A stretch of DNA of 64,000 bases from Blasia pusilla (GCA_050084515.1 CM114271.1:22444001-22508000), one strand, 5' to 3'; shown: positions 49,511 to 64,000, counted from the first letter of the stretch. Program-made: numbers and translations. Notes: generated by a model from the letters alone, not told the origin.

Positions 49511-50079
49511 TTCACTATCCCACGGCGAGTCTGAGCAAGGCCCGCGCTGAGTGGGTCAAATACATGCCATATGGGTCAAAAATGGGCCCTATAGGTCAAA
49601 CCCAGGCTAAGCGCGGGCTGGAAAACGAGTGGCAAGAAAGGGCGATGGATTTCTAGGCTAGGGTGCATGCAAGACGAGCCCAGAATCTAAATTTGACAGC
49701 GAGACAAGCCTAGGTGTGGACCCATCCTAGGGCTAGACATAAGTCTGTGGACATGGAATTTTTCCAAAGGAAAATTCAACGACAAAAATAACAACACCAA
49801 GAATAATTATTATTATAATATCATCAAAATAATATATTTTTTTGCAAAGAAAAGGGATAATTTCGAGGTACAGGTCCCCAAAATTATTAACGTTATCTAC
49901 CATGGGGATCTTGCAACTATTGCTGGTTTAAATATCATCATGCGAAACACTTCTTTAAGATGTTGTATGACGGAAGATCTATATTATTTCTACAACAAAA
50001 CTATGTGGAGCAATACAATAGTAACAAGCAAGTGTTGACCATGAATCACAAGAGAGTGCCATATCCCAAGAACTAATTG

Positions 50080-51340
50080 AGAATAATGATATTTCAATTT
50101 GGGAGCATCATACCATATGACTTCTCATGAAAAAATAGCTCACTAATATGGAACCATGGAAGACTTCAAAATTTATTATGATAAGAGATGATAATTGATA
50201 TTAAATTACTTACATCATCACATGATTAAATGTTTTTTCACTCTTCCATCCTCTAATATGAATATTTTTTAAGGTATTCTATGTATACCTATTATTACAA
50301 GAATTTTGTCTCTCTAGAACCTATGGTAGAATAGAATTACAAGGTTAGATTGAATAAAAAAGGTTATTTTGTTAAAAATCTAACCAACCACTGGATTGGA
50401 GCAAGAGGAAGTAGATTTGATAAGATGTTCAAAATTAGATGTTATTATACATATTGTAGATGCAATAATATATGGATAAAGTGATCCAAAGGCAAAAAAC
50501 TTGGAGATTTTCCGTAAGAAGATAAGCCACATTAACTACTAGAGATTGAAGAGTTTGCCAAACTCTAACATGGTGATAGGAGTATCATCATTTACTCACT
50601 GTAGTACTCATTTTGAAGTTCATTTTCCTTGTAAATTTGGAGATGAAGCGAAGCAACCATTTCCAATAAAAGGTAAATATATGTCTTGGGTACAAGATCT
50701 TGTACATAGAGATGTTTGGGAATCATCTTAAACTCGTTTCAGAGGCATTGAATATATTGTCTTGGTAATTTCTCTAGAAGGACATGGATATACTTCCTAA
50801 AAGAGCAATCATAAGTATTTCAGATATTCCACAATTTTCAGAATTTATTTGGGATATAATTTCATTTTCAAATTGAGATGAATTGGAGGAGGTAAGTTTA
50901 TTTATAGCGAGTTTGATGCCTTCCAACGATAACATGCTATTAGAAAGCAAGTTACGTGCAATATACTCCAAAGCATAATGGAATATTAGAGAGGAAGAAT
51001 TTCCACTTAATAGAAACATTGAGGGCTATGTTAAATGAGAAGAAGAATATTCCTAAGATGCATTGGGCAGATTCAATTGCATATGCGGTATATTTGAGAA
51101 ATCAAACGTCTAGTAGTATAGAAAAAATAAAAAAAATACACCAAAATAGGTCTTCACAAGTAAAAAGCTTGATCTTTCATTTCTTAAGATATTTGATTAT
51201 ATATGCTTAGTTGATCTTCCAAATGAAAAAGGCAAGAAGTAAGATAGAAAAGCATAAAGATGTATCTTATTGGGCTATGCTATGGATTGTGAGGGTTATA
51301 GGTGTTATAATCCTTCCACTAAGCAAGGTATTTGATGAAA
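50080..51340 (+). mobile_element. Highly decayed Ty1/copia protease-integrase remnant
   Basis: GASYHMT-like motif ~50100; YTPKHNGILERKN..LIETLRAML..WADSIAYAVYLRN (50956-51110); CILLGY..GYRCYNP ~51260-51315. Confidence 0.8.
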
Positions 51341-54300
51341 TGTAGTCATGAGATGAGAAATCAGATTTCATTTAAATTGTTATTATACCTAGTGAGCCAA
51401 TTTAGAATTTAGGAAGGGATGATCAAGGGAGCATCATCCAATAACACCAATAGAGAACAAAAAACAAATTTTAATGATCTCTTTGATAAATGGATTCTTC
51501 CATACCTTGCATTTGAAGCTTCATTAGATAGAATCACTTTTGTTCTCAACCTTCCAAATCATTGACTTCCAAACTTTTCAAACTTGATCATCTCCCCTCG
51601 TTTTACATTGGTGTTGTTGGAAAACTCACGAAAATCCAAGCAGCAAATTTCCATGTCAAATTTCCGACTGGAGTTTTCTTCTTAAGTTACGCCCTTAAAA
51701 GAACAATCTCAAGTAGAAGTTTTGGGCCAATTCTACGCCCAAAACTTTTGGACATAGAATTGACCCAACGTCCTCGCGACCCATTTAACAAAAATCCATA
51801 CGTAAGTAGTTGACACTTGTGAGTTTTTTCTTCATGAATCATTTCTTATAAAGAAAATGGATCGCCGCGACCTCCGCACGTGCTCATGGAATCAACCCCT
51901 TAGGAAGGTAGGCAAGTGACAACTGGCAAGAAACCCGCCGGCGGCATAGTATCCGGTTGCCGGTTCAGCCAGAAAGGGGTTTCTTGGCAGCCTTCTAAAC
52001 TGCTAGTAGTTTAGATTGGTGCTACTAATTTGGCGAGCATGCGACACTAGACTAACGGAACCCCGCTACTTTGTCGCGGAAAACATTCCCCAGTCGATCC
52101 GGCGGCGGCGCCGATCGTACACGCCTAGTTAGTTCCCCTTTCTCCATTCTGCATGGAGGCGCCGATGGAAGCGCTCGCTTATCCGCTACTTCGGCGTGGA
52201 GGCGCCACTAATCTGGCGGCCCTGCGGATGGAACCTCCACGTACCGTTCGCCCGTCCCTTCAGTAGATCCGTCACGTGAGCTAAAGCTAGATTCGAAAGA
52301 CACCCCATAGGGCCAACCAATGAGCGCACGTGCTTTAGGGCCAGTAATCTCGCCTGATTGTGATCGGCTGGCTGCCTAGCTGGCATAGGTATGGAGAGAG
52401 GGGGCCCAAGAAACCACCTTTCTCGGGCACTTATCTTTCCCGATGTCTTAAAAGGAGAAAAAGAAAAAGAGTTAAGCGATAAATCCCTTTTTCCCCCGTC
52501 CGATTTAATTTTTACGGGAGAGTCGGTTTTCCTCTGACGGCAAATATTCCCGTGGATTTTCCCGGTTATTTGGCGGTTATTTCCAAAAATGACAAGAAAA
52601 ATGTATTTATTCATGACGGAAATTGTCATAAACTTTCGGTGCAGTGAGATCCAAATTTTCCGATTGATTTTTGAAGAAGTTGGATTCTTATGGAGAGTTA
52701 GGCAATAGGAAAATTTTAAGAAAGGCCTTTGGAATGGCTTTTTGTATTTTTTGTAAAGAGAAGAAACAAAACCTAAATAAAAGGAGATGGGAGAATCCAT
52801 GGGAAGTAAGAGAGGGGTTGGGAACATCCATGAGCACATCTGGTCGTTATACCACCCCCCCTCCCCCCCATAGGTTCGTTACTGATGTTTAGGATGGTTC
52901 TACATAGGAAGAACTTCCATACAGGATATGGATACATCTAGAGTTTTCAGTTTCCCAACATCAAAGACCATATGTTTGGATACACTTCAGAGCATTGATT
53001 TTGAAAGTATATCTATTTTTCAAAATATGGATTTCGGATTGACTTTTTAAGTATGAAAATCCACACTCGAATCTTGTTTCCAATTTCTTCTTGCTTTCTT
53101 AAATATTACCATCCGTGAGTAAAAAACCAAAAAATCTCTTTCTCATAAAAGAAAACTTGCCAAGCGTTGCCCTTACTTACACTTTCCTTCCATCCTTCCT
53201 TCCATCCATGCATGCATAGGCTAACAAAAAAATTGTTAGGATGAAAGTCTTTATGCCATTTTGAGTAATCCATATGAAAGAGAATGCAAATGTTAGGATG
53301 TCTCCACTCCACAAAGCGTGGAACATGCCTTTCCATGCAAACAGGAGATGTGAAACTAATCCCTACCAACTTTGATGGAGTTCACTCCGTCATTATGGCA
53401 CTAGTTTCCTCAAATTAAGAAGTGTTGGAGCTCCATATTTAACATTCTCCCATATAAAATAATGGGAGGGAAATCTTTCTAAAAGAAAGATTTATTTCCA
53501 GCTTCTTTTTTTTGGAAACAAAGAGGAATATCAGCCCTGTCTCTTTCCACATGCACTCTCCATTGCCTCAAAAGCCCTAAACTTAAACTTAATTTAGCAA
53601 TTTAGGGGTTTTTTATGAGAGATGGAAGTGTAGCAATAAGGCCACTCAAAGCGGCCTCTATGGGTGTCGCGGAAATTACTGTGAGATGACCCTATGGCGA
53701 TTCCCGCCATGGCAAACGCTCGGCCACGCTAGCCCAATTAAGGAGGCCGCCGTTTGCCCATAATGGTTGTCCCCATTCTTGTATTCCTTTCTTGAACATT
53801 CAACATTTCATATTCAGCAGTCCTACACAAAGCGCCCCCTTTCCAAGGTCTAAGGAATTTTTTCACAGGAATCGGTACATTGCCAGTATTTCACAGTCGG
53901 AAACTATAGAATCGAATTTCCAACCGGTTTTCAGATACCCTATGCAAAGAAAATCCCCTATCTCCAGTCGTTTTTTTTTACCAATTTTAAACAAAACGGA
54001 AATTTCTGATTTCAACCGGAGAGGATTACTCGCAAATCCGCATCTCCCCAATCATCTGCTTTCTTCCAATATCGGAAGGTGGACCGGACGGTGATTTTTC
54101 CAATGGCAGTCCAACTCAAAGCAACCACAACTTTGAGTGGTCCTAATACTCCTATAGCTCTGTGCCAACTCCCGATGGTGTGGGTTACAACCAAAAACCG
54201 TGACCGCCATGAAGAAGACCAAAAAATTTTACAACACCAATTTCTTATCATCTAACTTGATAGGGAAAAAAAAAGATAATTTTGAGAGATATCTAAAATC

Positions 54301-57300
54301 TAGACAAACACATGTGACGGCTGGAAACTCCTTGGCCCTAATAGAGGAGAAAAGAATAGCCCTAATGTCCAAGTGAGGGAAGTATCATTTTTTATTTTTT
54401 TTCATTCACACTAGAGATGAGATAACAAGAATTCACTCCTTAGGTGGACGTGGCCTAGCACCCACTCCATGGATCTTTGGTGGAGGTGGGAATGCGTGTC
54501 TCACTAGTCAACATGAATCAATCAATCTATCTATCTATGGAGCCTCGTTAATGCAGGCACGCTCTACGAGACTTAGACCACACTTTCTTTGCTCAATGTT
54601 TTTGTGGGGCCTTCTTTTGCTTTTTCCAATCTTTTTTCCGTCTTCATATATTTATTTGTATTTAAATATATTTGTATTTATGTATCATTACTGACTTTTG
54701 TTTCTTTGGTTACAAGAAACGCATTCGGATTCCTTTACAGTGGGGAATATACGAGACGAGTTTTCATTCGTTGAGAGGAGTTTTCTTTTACTATTTTTGT
54801 GCGTGAGAAAATTGAATTATGAGAAGAGGAATATGACGTGGAAATTGAAAACATGTGGAATATTTTGAGAATTTAATAAGTGATTAAAAATGATGGTGCG
54901 AAGAAGTAAGAGCACATTTCTAAAAATGGAAACGACAATAATTCGCACTTTGGAGCATTCCTTAGATTTTACAATAAAAATGTTTGAAACATTAAAGATA
55001 AACCTCAATTTTCGGGGACCATAATAGTGCTCGGCAAGGATTTTTCTGCAAACCGGTAGCTTTCCGAGAGAACTCTCAAGGTAGTCGGAAATTTCTCCAT
55101 TCTTGCCGGTTTTTTTAAATTTTAACAAAGAAAACTCACTTTTCTCGTCGGAAAATTTCCAAAACTTTCAGATTTGAACCGGAAATCGCACGTTCTCAAC
55201 CGGCTGCTTTAACAAAGAATGCCGGTTCTTGACAAGCATTGGACCATAAGAAAGAGGACGTCACGTGACAATCATCGGTGGGATCCTTTTTCTTTTATTT
55301 CTGATTTAAAATTTCTAACCCCAACTAATTTTTTTACTTCGTCTTGTTCATGTTTTATAGGAAAACGTTTAATTATCTCCTTTTTAAAGAAAATAGGAAA
55401 ATTTTATACCCAAAATTCGTAATATTCTCAAATATTTAATTTAAATCTATTTACATAAATTTTTCATTGAATTTTTTTAATTAAATTAGAAGTTACAGAA
55501 ACTGAAAATACAATGTAGAACTAACCAAAATCATAATCCTCCCATGATGTCCATTGTAACCACTATATCTAATTCCGTATTTTGGAATTATTCTTAATTT
55601 TTTATGGAGTTGATGGATTCTAGTTGTAGAACACACATAGACCTTGAGAGTCATTAGAACCACATTATTATTTTTTGAATCCAAACTAGATTCGATCCCC
55701 AATAATTGCTTACCTCGATTTGGTTTTAGCAAGCATTGCATCTATTGAGTCTCAAGTGCGTCATCCCATGAGTCTTTTACAATGACCCCCAAAGTCACTT
55801 ACTCTAAATTGGAAACAAAACCACCAACTTATGCTACTAGTGCATAAGTTGGTTTAAAAACTTCCTTTTGAAAAAAAATTCAGATTTTATTAAAAATTTA
55901 AGATCCTAAAAAACCTAAAAAAATCGTTTAAGGTTTAAGGATGTGAGAAGAAATAAACGAAAATGAAATGAAATAAGAAAGAACTTTCTTATACATGTAG
56001 GTTGTCATCCATAGCTTGGGGTGTCACGTTTGTTCCACTCAAAAGATTTCCATATGCTACAACTTCTTTTCTTAGAAATTTTCTCCACACATTTCTTTGG
56101 CAAGGAATGGGACAACTTCTTCCATTATGCGAGAAATAAATTATAAAACCTATTGAATTGTTCTTGCAACATTATGGCACGTGTATCATGAGATTAAGAT
56201 TCCATATTCTCATGTCAACGCAATAATGGAATCAGTTCTAGGAATGTTGAAAGGTAAATAACGTCTAAAGAGGGCTTGTATTCTGCACGATTGACACACA
56301 AGACAAACCCCCAAACAACACAAGCTCGAAACAAAGGATAAAAATTGGCAAGAGCTGGACGAGAATGTGAAAAAATAATTGTTGGGTGGTATCAAAAGCC
56401 ATGAACACGTCATGGACCTCTTTTCCCCTTTTATCGTCTTCTTCATCATCAAATTCAAGATTGGACGAGTGGTGATGAAGTTACCTACTTTGGCACGAAA
56501 TGAGGTGCAATGGTCTCAAATGTGGGCTCGTGCTACCTTTAGGGGGAGTTGAGGGGCAGCAACTCGAAGTCGTGTATTGGGGTGTGGGTGATAGCTCACA
56601 TGCCTACTACCTCGTAGAGAGTAGGAAAAAGTTAAGAGACCTTTGCATTGGCCATTTTTTGGGGTTCTTTCCATGAGTCGAAACTCCAAGAGGCAAAACT
56701 AAACGTTTCTTTTCTTTTGTGTTGCCCTCGAGGATTCCTACCCATTCAAACAAAAAAGTATTTCAAACGTTCTTTTTGGGTTGGACGTAGAGGCAACGGT
56801 ACATTCGATACTGGAAAAGGTCATATTTAGGGGGTGATAACAATGAATATTATTTTCTGTAAAGTAGTAGTTTTTCGATTCTAGTTCGAAGAGAGGGTTC
56901 TCAGCACCAGTTTGGAAATTCTCGAAACATTGTAACGAGTTTTATGTATAATGTGTCGAAAACTCACAACATCTCTCGCCATCGCATTCTATGAAGAGAA
57001 AAACTAATGCGTTTAGTTGGGTTAGACTTACTTGCATGGCACTCTTCTTATTACTTGTATGTTTCGAAAATTTATCTATTCAGTAATCGCAAGAGTGCCT
57101 CTTGCTTCTTTGAGAACACTCTTCTTAGGGGCCACTCGAATCTTTTTTGGAGGCGCAAGGTTTGAAATTTGGAAGTTCGAGGGTTTAGGGTATGAGAACA
57201 TATTTAGAGTCAAAAAAATTTTGGAGGGTGTTCTTCACATGGGCTTCTTACTAGTACTATACTATTACTTATTCGAAGTAGTGTGAAGCAAACGATGGAG

Positions 57301-58744
57301 CAAAATTTTAATTATGATCAGATTTAACAATCAAATATCTATAAAATCCGAAAACATAATTACAGTCCATCTAGACTAACCACGTGCGCTCTTCATGTGT
57401 TTGTTAATTATTTTCTCCCCCTACTCACACCCTCCATATGTTACAAATGCCAAGAAAGAAAAATATGGAAAGAACCCTACAACATATGGACCACTCTAAA
57501 ATAAAGAAAATTCCTCATCTATTAAGGGCTTTTGCCTCCAATAATGAAGACTTTGAGATCCCTAGTTCATAGGTCAAGCCATGAGGGTGACAACTACTTC
57601 CAATATGGAGGTTCCTAAGTAGCGAAGGCATAGTAGGGAATGCTCCCACATTGGGAGACTAAGGAAGCGTAAGTACTTGCATAACCAGTTAAGTCCTTGA
57701 TAGTGGGCCAACCTATCATTCAAGGAACAAGGACTTAACCAGTTAAGTCCTTGTTCGTCATTGGGCAAACAACATAGTACGAAATTGATGCATTCTTCTG
57801 ACTTTTCCCTGGACCCTCTTTCTTCCGATAATCCTGAGTTTTAGATTAAACTAGATTGGCCCCCGCGTTCCTAGCGCAACTTTTGATAGAAGAAAAAATT
57901 GGCAGAAGTGGAATCTCCTGTTTTGATTTTGGGAAAGTAATCATGGTGTGGAGCTGGAAGCAAGAGAGCCTCAGTTGCGTTGGGCTCTTACTATGGCGAG
58001 GTAAAGAATCGATTTTCACTCCCGACGAGTGGCTGACGCCTGAACCACAAACCACTGCTCCAATGAGTGGATCCATATCATAAGTTGGTAAGTGGTTTTT
58101 CTTGTTATTTTGTTCATGAAAACACCACATGTAACACCCATACATGTGCCCCCCACCGGGTCCACCCTGCACATCGCGTTTGTTCGATGACTGTCCTCTC
58201 TGACTGCAATGATGGCAACATCTGCCATCTGACATCTGACATCGTTTGAGTCTTTGATGTAGATAGGTTCCCGGGCAAGTGAAGAGCCATAATTGCAGCA
58301 ACTCTCCATGATTGCGTCACGGGGTGAGCTTGATTCTCTGTTGATCCACCATGAAATTTCATCCCGAAGTTCAAAAGACGTCCGACCTCCAACGTTTCTT
58401 CAAAGGTTTATCGATCCAGAAACAACTGGAAAACTTTCTACATCCCAGGCAGTGCCACCAACCCGGCTCTAAGTCTCACCCAATCAGTCTGTAGGGTGGA
58501 ATCGCTTCACACCACCAATCTGAACTCCATCTTGGGTACAGCACTAGAGGGTGAATTGTCATATGTAACACAACGAATGTGGCGAGGTGCATTAAATTCT
58601 ATTCAACACCCGAAGACTGTCAGATAGGACCCGTGTGCATCATGGTGTCACCAGAAGACTCTCCAAGATAACAAAGGCTTTATCTATATATCTATATATA
58701 CATGAGTGTGAGCCCTGTTGTGATTGTTCTTCATCCTAATGTTA

Positions 58745-61700
58745 CTACAGCTCATCGTTGAAGATCGGATGATAAATTGCATCCCCCGTGACCACTGGAT
58801 CATGAGTAGGCACTGCACTTGGACTTGATTGTGAGATGGGCACATGTGTTCCATAGATAGGGGGGGACGTTCGTTGTGCTCTCCAGATACCAAGTCGTTT
58901 TAGAAAGATGTAATTACACACGAGGAGAAACACAGTGATTCCAACCACCAGTATCAACCTGCAAAATTATGTGGAATAGGCGAAGTTAGCTCCTCCAGAT
59001 GAGCAGAGTGCCAATTGGGGTTGATGGGAGAAGGGTAAAAATAAGTTTTGATAGAACTTGTAAAATGTGCAGCTTTGACTCGGAGCCTAAGAGAAACTCA
59101 CTAAACATTCCAGTCTTGTAGTCACTCAACATAAATGTTAGACAAGTGCATTCAAGAGCATGTACCTATCAATAAGGTCTTGTCGAGTCATTGAAGTGAG
59201 CAGGCGTCTGGTTCTATTCAAGATTGACCGTTGGCCTACATATTCATCCTTTGCAGTTCCCAAAGTGACATTGGATTGATCTGCAAGTGAAAAAGAGCAA
59301 CTGTTAATAGTGGAAATGAAAAATGAAATCTGCTGCCTGATGTAAACTTACAACTGAGATTATACATCTGTGCATTGCACGGGCACCAGCTAGTCATTTG
59401 AAAAGGGGGTGCCAGTATTACATCCTGCCCGCCATTCAGACCCAGACAGACCACATGAACTGGAGAAATTTAAAAAAGTAGTTGAAGTCATTTTACCCAC
59501 CGAGTGTCTGAATGGTGTTGGTTGTTCTCTCAACTTCCTGCACTAAAAAACAGCCACGCATCACGTATCACATATGGTATCCTTGGCACTCAACCTACTG
59601 CTAAGCTCAACCAAGTGGCAAAAACAATAGTTTATGCTGTGGTCCTCTGCCAGAGGGAGTAGCAGATCAGGCCAAGTATATTCCAATTTGACGCATAAAG
59701 CCAACGCTAGAGAATTTCATCTAATGAGATGTGGAGGCTAGGGAAGGAAGAATGATTTTACTAATGTGATGTTTTGCTACATCACTTATTATGAAAGTTC
59801 ATGTCAACAACAGGAAACTCTCACCACCTTCTTGACTTGTCCAGTGATTTAGTGAAAAACACTAAATCATTGGACAAAAGAGAATTTGAAGGCTATACCT
59901 GGACCATCATCTGGCGGGTTCGGCGGAGGCCTTCTGTTATACTCTCTGTAGCTGCAGCCATTCCTGCTTGTGTCCTTGGTACACAATCAAAGGAATCGTC
60001 CTCAGAGAACTGACCAACATAGACCACCGCCAATTCAAGAGATGGATACTAGCAAGGAAACCAATCAGAAAGGAAATGAACCCCACCTCCAAATGGCAGC
60101 AGAAAGCTCCTTCCACTTCAAAGTTGTCCATTTGCCTATCCAACCATAAGGAGTGCAAGTAGCAAGAGGGAGACAAAGTGCTTACTGCAAATTCCGTCGG
60201 CGGAGGGTTGCTTCTTCACCTCCAGCAAGTAAGAGCTCCCTCTGCAAAAACCAACATGCACTTAGAGCAAAAAATCGTGTTGTTTCTTCTCGTCATGAAT
60301 TATGGTTTGGTCCCTTGCAGTTAATTTCCAAAAGAACAATTCTGTGAGCAAAATAACAAGGGCAAATATGCAGCTAAGTGAATAAGCCACACACTGCATA
60401 CACTCTTCAGAACCAAGCTAGCATCTCAAAGACTGGAAGTAGCCATATGGATGCTCCTATAATGGAATCTAAACTCGAACAAGTTTAGATCACCAACTGA
60501 ACTCAATTAAGTTTAGAGCACATTACTCACACCAGTTTGCAAGGTCGCCTCGTCTACCGTTGCACTCGGCAAGAGAATATGTAGATAAGGGGAAAATGCT
60601 CACCAAGCAATGCATGAGAGCTAATAGATGAGTGGCAGCCTTACTTCTTGCTTTGCAGCTCTTTCCATGTTGGATTTTGCCTTCATGTTGGCACTTCTAA
60701 GGTTCAAGCGAAGGCTGAAGACACAGATGACTTTATAGGTGAGAGCCTGCCGTTCATGGTAAATTGAGAAACTGGAATTACAGGAGCTACAGAACTTGGA
60801 TGCTGTTGTGTGTCCATGAAAAAAATGAATGTAGACAATCACTGTGGGAAGCAAAAAAAATCGAAAATGAGAATTTGAGCTTGGACTTTATCATGGAAAC
60901 TTTTTTTGTCTTCAACGTAGTATGACAAACCTACGAAAGGTAGGAGTGACCTACTCCTGAAACTGCTTTTTCCAATCGCGCAACTTTTTCAAGCAAGCTT
61001 CGCTCTCTTCTTCACTGCATCAGCCAAGACCCATCATTTGGGGGGTTGAGATAAGAACTTGAGCGGCAACATCATTCTTCACAACTGCACGGTCTGGCAG
61101 TCGCCACTTGTGGCACTGCATTCAGCATCACTAGAGTATAAAGGAAGTACTGGCAACTAAATCTGGCACCACATTAGAGGGTGGACAACGATCATTTCTG
61201 TTCAGTACCCTCCACAATGGTATTCTCGTTATTAATTAATTAATTCTAACTTTTTGAACTTTCGTCTTTGTGAGTAAATGAAAACCCCTAATCCATGCCC
61301 AACAACACTATTGGAAACAACTAATCATTTCCATTTTGCCGAGAGGTGCCGGCTTCCAGATACTCATGGTCGTTAAGGAATCCGCTTGATTGACATTAAG
61401 GGACAATAGGTTATTACTCTGAGGCAAACTTGAAAAAATAGAAACGCGTGAGAAGCCACGAGTAAGAATAACTCGCCTTGGCTGCTGCTGTGCTATCAAC
61501 TCCAAACGCAATGTGAGTGATTGCATGGCTGTGAATCGATCTTGGACAACAGCATTGAGTCGCGGCAAGGCAGCTTTGTCCCGAATTCCCCCGGCAGACC
61601 CGCAAGCTTCCACAGCTCTTATTTTTTCGCTTAAGTCCAAGGTGGCCTCTTTCCACTCCGTCTCTACTTGCAGAGCCGCCGCATCCATGTCGTCATCCAT
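58745..61700 (-). CDS. SEC20: Sec20/BNIP1 family ER SNARE (283 aa, 8 exons)
   Basis: Exons 61700-61477, 61014-60955, 60714-60645, 60241-60186, 59974-59899, 59537-59501, 59280-59166 and 58958-58745 (852 nt, frame-consistent). Motifs LRSANMKAK, RELLLAGGEE, ITEGLRRTRQMMVQEVER, RQDLIDR, a TM helix and C-terminal NDEL. Confidence 0.93.
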
Positions 61701-61725
61701 CCTAAAAGTCTAGTATAGACACTCT

Positions 61726-61726
<1 letters not shown>

Positions 61727-61757
<31 letters not shown>
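61727..61757. repeat. (GA)n microsatellite upstream of SEC20
   Basis: Read directly. Confidence 0.9.
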
Positions 61758-61761
<4 letters not shown>

Positions 61762-63726
61762 AAAAAACTAAGAAGATCTGACTTCAAAACAACCGAACAT
61801 TGGGATAGTAGGGCGTCCGTCTATCTCCTCTGATTGGTGTTCCTTGAGCTGCGACGAATCGACAGACAAATTTTGAGAAAACACAACGTCCGCACGTGCT
61901 GCTGCTGCTCTAATAAACATAATCAAGTCCTCTTCTTCTCTTTCCGCTTATCCATCTGATTTCTCGACTCCCTCATCGGAATCGCTGGATAGGGCATCGG
62001 AGGCCTCTTCGAGTGCCGAGGATTACAAAAACCCCGGAATTTAAGACATCTGCGACATATTGATGGAACTCGGAAGAGAACAAGAAGCCGATCTACAGAA
62101 ACAATTCCGCTTCGTGCTGCCTATCGGATTTGTATGCCCTGACTCACATCCACAAAGCGCACAATCCAAAGCTCGGTTTCGCACGATCATGCAAAGAGGG
62201 AGCTTCGAACGTGAGGGAGTTGCGACAATGTACAGACTCTAGTCCTTCCTCTGACGAGTCTTCCGGTCGCCCGATGATGCCTCGGGAGATGGTGACCGGC
62301 CTGTGACCTGAAGCAGATGCGGGGAGGGTTCCGGGTCATCGTTCGCGAGGTACCGGTCACCACGTCGCCTGTTCCAGCGTGACCGGCGTATCACGGGACG
62401 CGACAAGGGCTCTAGACCTCAACCAAATAATCTAGATGTAATAATATAATAATCTAGATTATTAAGAGAGGGGCCATTATAGGGGCTCCTTAATGGTGAC
62501 ACCTTTCTTTTTTGGCCTCTATTTGATTGATATGCGTTCTTCTCTTACCCTCTCCCGAGGTTTTTTTTTTTATATAACACGGGCATGGTTAGTTTAGATT
62601 ATTATTAATGTTGATATAAAAATTTAGATTTGTTATTCGCTAGAGGGTCTCAACAACAAACATCTTTTTCTTGACACTTGTGGTTTTAGGCAATCTCTAT
62701 TTATGATCTCTATTTATGACACATGTCCTCTCTAAAAGCTTAGTTCCATCTAACTAAGATGGAGAAGCGTGCAAAATGAGCATGGGAGATATCAAGAGGG
62801 TTCTTATTTCATCCGTGCTAATACCAACTAGTATTTTTTATCTATAGTATTATTGGCAAGAGGTATTAGGAACAAACATCTCTATGTTTGAGGGGTCGTC
62901 TCTAGTCTCTACACCTGCCCCCTCTAATACTTTAGTTTGATATAACTAAACTAGATGAGAAGGAAGGCTTCTTTCACCCGCGCCGGGCACTGACTAGTCC
63001 ATATTTTCCACTAATCTATGTGTGCATTGTATTAGGTTAGTAGTCATTTTTTCATTTGAATACGCATTGCTTCTACTTGTAAAGTGGATAGAATTCATAT
63101 GACCAACTCTAGATTAATTATATATGACTAATCATGAGAAAATTAAAAATGAATTGACTATATTTTAATCTTTTGTAATGTTTGACTTTGAGGTTTATTG
63201 CTTTGTCATAACAAAAGCTACATGGATGGGGAAGTGGGAAATCCAAATATATGTAGATCAAGATGTAAACACAAGTCACATACAATCAATAAGATACATG
63301 GAACAAAAAACTTGATATCCAATATTTGTCTTTGTGAAGATTTTAACTTCTATGACATGTCGCATAAATTCAAGAATTTCCAATCAAATATCATATGCTT
63401 GTTTGTTTGAGCCATTTTTGAAAGCATGATTGATGTACCAATTTTTAGACACAAACTCTGAGGAGGTAATTCAGAAGACAACCATGTGTTTAAGAATTTT
63501 TTGGATATACATAACTCATCCTATCATTCAAAACATAGGCAACACGGTAAATATGCTCTTATGCACAATATGTATATTTTTGAAAGGATGTTTTTATTCT
63601 TTGTACTCAATACCATAATTCACTTGAAAAGTTATAGAAATGGGAAAAAATTAATACCTCTTCATAGAATCAAACATGATTTTCGTGTTCTTCTTGTCAA
63701 CATCTCTTTGTTATGTCAAAATAATA

Positions 63727-63937
63727 GTATTTCTCAAAACTTTGATGTCATAAAATCGGCAATGATCACGTCCATAAATCTATATTATTATTGGAGAGGC
63801 CTTATGACATCAAAGTTTTGAGAAATACCATTAAAGAATTATAATTTCTTTGAAGATGTGCAAAGAAATTATAACTCTTTAATTCGCAAAGAAATTATAA
63901 TTCTTTAAAGAGTTATAATTTCTTTGCACATCTTCAC
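63727..63937. repeat. Two adjacent AT-rich inverted repeats
   Basis: 27-bp arms 63727-63753/63802-63828; ~30-bp arms tgaagatgtgcaaagaaattataactcttt ~63851-63880/63908-63937. Confidence 0.8.
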
Positions 63938-64000
63938 CCAATTTTCAAACAATCTCAAAGTGTTGTTGACAATGTGTTTATGCATATTTACATGAAACCT

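Noticed and set aside
52186-52839. 217-aa minus-strand ORF
   Set aside because: Non-ATG start, no domain similarity, and composition like intergenic DNA.
57846-58392. Overlapping ORFs downstream of SEC20
   Set aside because: No recognisable motifs; probably 3' UTR or intergenic sequence.

Overview
Eukaryotic plant genomic DNA, inferred to be from a non-seed land plant given the transposon families and gene style. The first ~33 kb is a nest of decayed transposons. (1) A minus-strand chromodomain Ty3/gypsy element runs from before base 1 to 21474. (2) It is interrupted by a 14.1-kb Mutator-like DNA transposon (5783-19905, flanked by a 13-bp direct repeat). This element carries a GCM-like/MULE-DDE/SWIM transposase and, divergently, a large intron-containing gene fusing a ParB-like domain to a beta-class N4C/N6A DNA methyltransferase. 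Roughly 40 copies (eye count) of the bipartite palindrome CAACCCGTC-N7-GACGGGTTG fill its introns, divergent promoter and ends. (3) A plus-strand Ty3/gypsy element (~21485-32870) has a pol region containing a C5 cytosine methyltransferase and a C-terminal PHD finger. The rest of the window holds two intact host genes: a 6-exon KORRIGAN-type GH9 endoglucanase (41196-35369, minus) and an 8-exon SEC20 SNARE (61700-58745, minus; GC-AG first intron; C-terminal NDEL). There is also a copia remnant, a 76-bp-arm hairpin and tandem repeats. The best candidate novel system is the MULE + ParB-like/amino-MTase + fixed-spacer palindrome array. All domain calls come from manual motif reading, not database searches, and the transposon ORFs in these copies are pseudogenised.
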